A stretch of DNA of 64,000 bases from NCBI GenBank assembly GCA_017499595.2, contig CM039004.1:3162001-3226000 (forward strand). Direction: 5' to 3'. Of this stretch, positions 60,982 through 64,000 are shown piece by piece. Source of the DNA: Psilocybe cubensis. Taxonomy: Eukaryota. A model generated the notes under the pieces. The model was not told where the DNA came from and made no database searches. It worked only from the letters and a program-made list of their open reading frames with translations. How positions within the stretch are numbered: position 1 is the stretch's first letter; the number at the start of each line of letters is the position of its first letter. A program made the translations under genes and the position numbers.

Positions 60982-62390
60982 TTGTTCAGATAAAGAGGTA
61001 CGAAGTCGCGATGGATGTAGTCGTTGTCAAAGGTATAGGTAGGGTATATGAAGTTGCATTATGGGATATATGCAGTCTCTTTCATATAGCAATAAACCAC
61101 AGACCACGAAAAGGTACACGTCTGAAAGATTCGATTCAGTGTCAGTTTCAGGCCAGGGTGGGATCATAGAATATATGAATTTCGCATTGACAGGGTGCGT
61201 TTGCCTTGCGCATTGAGCGCAGTAGAGAGTCATTCACTATGCGTGATTCACAGCATGGGTCAGCTGTGAGGGAGTCTGGAAACATATGAGGAAGGAGGAA
61301 GACTTCACTAGCATGATTCTTTATACAGGTAAGAGGGACATCTTGAAAGTGCATTGACACCTCGTTGTTTCAATGACCTGTAGCAGTGCCGCAGAAGCTT
61401 ATCTTGAAGACAGGTGCAGACAATGGCAAGTGTTAGCTCATGTACCAGGGACGCTTGGTTTCAGGTTGGCAACGCATTGCGCAAACGCGGTACGGTTACT
61501 TATAGCGTCCTTCGTCACGATTAATTTTATAGTCATCATGACTATGTACTTGACGTTTATTACATAATTTTGCTTTCATTTCTACTAACGAAAGATACCT
61601 CGGTAGCAGCTTCCAGAAATAGTAATTACAAGTGACACTTCCGTGAAAAACATAAGAAGACATACCTTGAAAGGTAGCTTTTTAACTGATCTAATAGATA
61701 ATGTTCTAGCGTGTTTTCAGTAAGAATTTGAAGGAAAGGTTGAAAATTGTCTATTTCCGAAGCATGAAATGTATCTTTTTATATACTTACATAGACTTTA
61801 ATATTCATATTCATATTTCAAACGGCGACTAGAAAACTTACTACCAATACCATATTCCGGCGTCGGCTGAAGATTTTTATCACGTAAGATGTATGTAATC
61901 TGCCCGTCACAGTAATTCAGGGGTCCGCTTTCACCCACCGCATCATCTAACTGACTAACTCTGTTAAAAGAAGCGCCCGCCAACAGCTAAGGCAAAACCG
62001 ACTACCGAAGAACAACATAGGGTCATCGAAATCATCCCAAAAATACACCAAAAAACCTACCAACTATTCCTCCTGTTGTTTTTCCGACCGTAATTAAGGA
62101 GAAAATCTTAGCCATGGCGCCAAGACTTTACTAAAAGATGTTCAATAATTCGGGACAAAAACAATGGGCAACGGCCAGAGGCGCTGAACACAGCTGGACC
62201 CTCGCCAAGCGCATCCAAGCGTTGGATACGCCCTGGTACACCGGGGTTCACATCATCCTCCACCTTGACTCGTTTCTTAGTTCTGCACAGCCGTTGTCAT
62301 AGGTCCTCTTTATTCTTCCTGTATTTCAACCATTCGCCTCTCCACCGAAGAACAGGACCTTTCCTTTCAGATATACAACTCCCATTCCTC

Positions 62391-63591
62391 ATGCGTTTCC
62401 TCAGTAATGCCCTTCTGTTCTTAACGACCAGTACCCTTTTCCTCGCAAGCACTCTCGCCATTGAGAGGTACGCTGCTTTCTTAATGACCTTTCGCGCAGC
62501 CTGCTGAAATCATCCTAGGCAGGAATGTGGCTCATACGCATCCGCTGACAAGATAGAAGCCTCAGAGCTGGCAATCAAAGCTCATGCTGCAGAGTTTCGT
62601 CAAGGGCGCCGCGCGGAGATGAAGGACTACGTTTTCGATGTGTATTTTAATGTGATTGCGAAGAACATGTCGTTAGCCGGGGGATGGGTGCCGTGAGTAA
62701 TCATTATCTGGACTGCTACGAGCATTTAGTAATGCATGTGTTTTTGCGGGTTGTCGTCACTTTACAGACAAAAGCAGATCGACGACCAGATGGCGTTGCT
62801 GAACAAGGCGTATGTGGGGACAGGCATTTCGTGGAAACTCGTCAACGTCACCCGCGTCCTGAGTCGTTACTGGCATGAAACTGTGACTCTTGGAGAGTGC
62901 GTCGTCATTCCTCTTTTTGGTTTCATGAAGCTTATTATGTACTCTTTTTATGTGTATAAAGGCCACAAGCTATCCAAATGGCGCGTTCCTTTAGAAAAGG
63001 AAAATCCACCGCATTTAACGTTTATACTGTCGGGTAAGGGCCTACTTTCATACGCCTCATTTCACCTCATTTACACTCCCATCTATACAGTTTCTACACA
63101 GAGGCTTTGAACGGATACTCCGCGTTCCCTATCGACTATCGCACAGACCCATATGAAGACGGTTGTGTGCTGCTCTTCGAGACACTTCCAGGAGGCGTCA
63201 GCAGGGAACGCCAGGGCGGCACGCTCATCCACGAAGCTGGTCACTGGCTCGGGTTGTACCACACGTTCCAGGTACGTTTAATCTCTTTCCTTTCTTTCAT
63301 CGTTCTCACCTGTGTACAGGGTGGTTGCGTAGGTCTAGGAGATCGCGTTGCAGACACCCCGCCCAGTTTGAAAGCATCATCTGGTTGCCCCGACTTTGTC
63401 GACTCGTGTCCTGGAGACGGGCCTGATCCAATCCGTAAGTCCCTCGTTTCTATAATGTATATATTCCCTTACACGATGCAGACAACTACATGGATTACAC
63501 AAATGATACATGCCGCACCGAGTTCACCCCCGGCCAGATCCAACGCATCCAGGACTCGATGGCGACGTATCGCAGTGACCCAACGATCTGA
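62391..63591 (+). CDS. Secreted zinc metalloprotease, peptidase M43B (pappalysin/Mep1-like)
   Basis: Signal peptide MRFLSNALLFL..., propeptide RQECG, HEAGHWLGLYHTFQGGC, DTP, NYMDYT (Met-turn), FTPGQIQR. Confidence 0.93.
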
Positions 63592-63854
63592 GCATCATCA
63601 ATCGTTTTCTCTCATTTTGACGACACCAGCAGAAATTGTACAGATACCCTGATCTGGATTAGGAATTGAAATTGAACCTGACGCGTAAGGCCGAGGAATT
63701 GATCATGGACTTTTATTCTCGCTCTCCATCTTGCTTGTGCTTAATATCCCCTATTATATCTGTTATCATACCGGAGGCCGAGTTTCCACTATGCATCGCA
63801 CGTGGCACGCGGGTGGTGGATGTGGATGTTAGGTTGTATATCTGTTTCTTTTGT

Positions 63855-63883
63855 AAGGTACAAAAGTAGTACTTTTGTACCTT
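63855..63883. repeat. Perfect 14-bp inverted repeat with 1-nt spacer
   Basis: AAGGTACAAAAGTA-G-TACTTTTGTACCTT. Confidence 0.85.
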
Positions 63884-64000
63884 TTGGATACGTGATGAAA
63901 TGAAATTATCTTAATGCTACTACAGAGCCCTTCTAATTAACTAAATGCCTTTTGGTCTGGCGAACTAACTGTACTTGGGGTCAGAGATTCAAAGTAAGTC

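Overview
Intron-rich fungal genomic DNA, most consistent with an Agaricomycete basidiomycete. Left flank (1-23.5 kb): a GATA zinc-finger factor, RPL37, a GH76 glycosidase, BUD20, APN2, SEC11 and two tandem F-box/LRR-like genes. Right flank, after a 100-N gap at 54285-54384: a low-complexity hypothetical gene, RSM23/DAP3, a small membrane protein and an M43 metalloprotease. Between them is a ~31 kb accessory block (about 23.55-54.28 kb) anchored by an intact, intronless Helitron Rep/PIF1-helicase ORF. Head-to-head with it lies an intact 6-exon gene for a ribonucleotide reductase small-subunit (R2) homologue. It lacks the radical tyrosine and three of six iron ligands, so it is a probable pseudo-enzyme. 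The block also holds captured host fragments (ArfGAP-like, and a VPS11 3' end split into two pieces ~15 kb apart on opposite strands), nested MITEs with clear TIRs/TSDs, an array of ~51-nt intron-like repeats, two intact orphan genes that may be OB-fold/ssDNA-binding proteins, and a third F-box gene cut by the gap. Best candidate for a novel system: a large cargo-carrying Helitron-like element with its own nucleotide-metabolism and replication accessory genes. All exon structures and homologies were read by eye; no database search was run.
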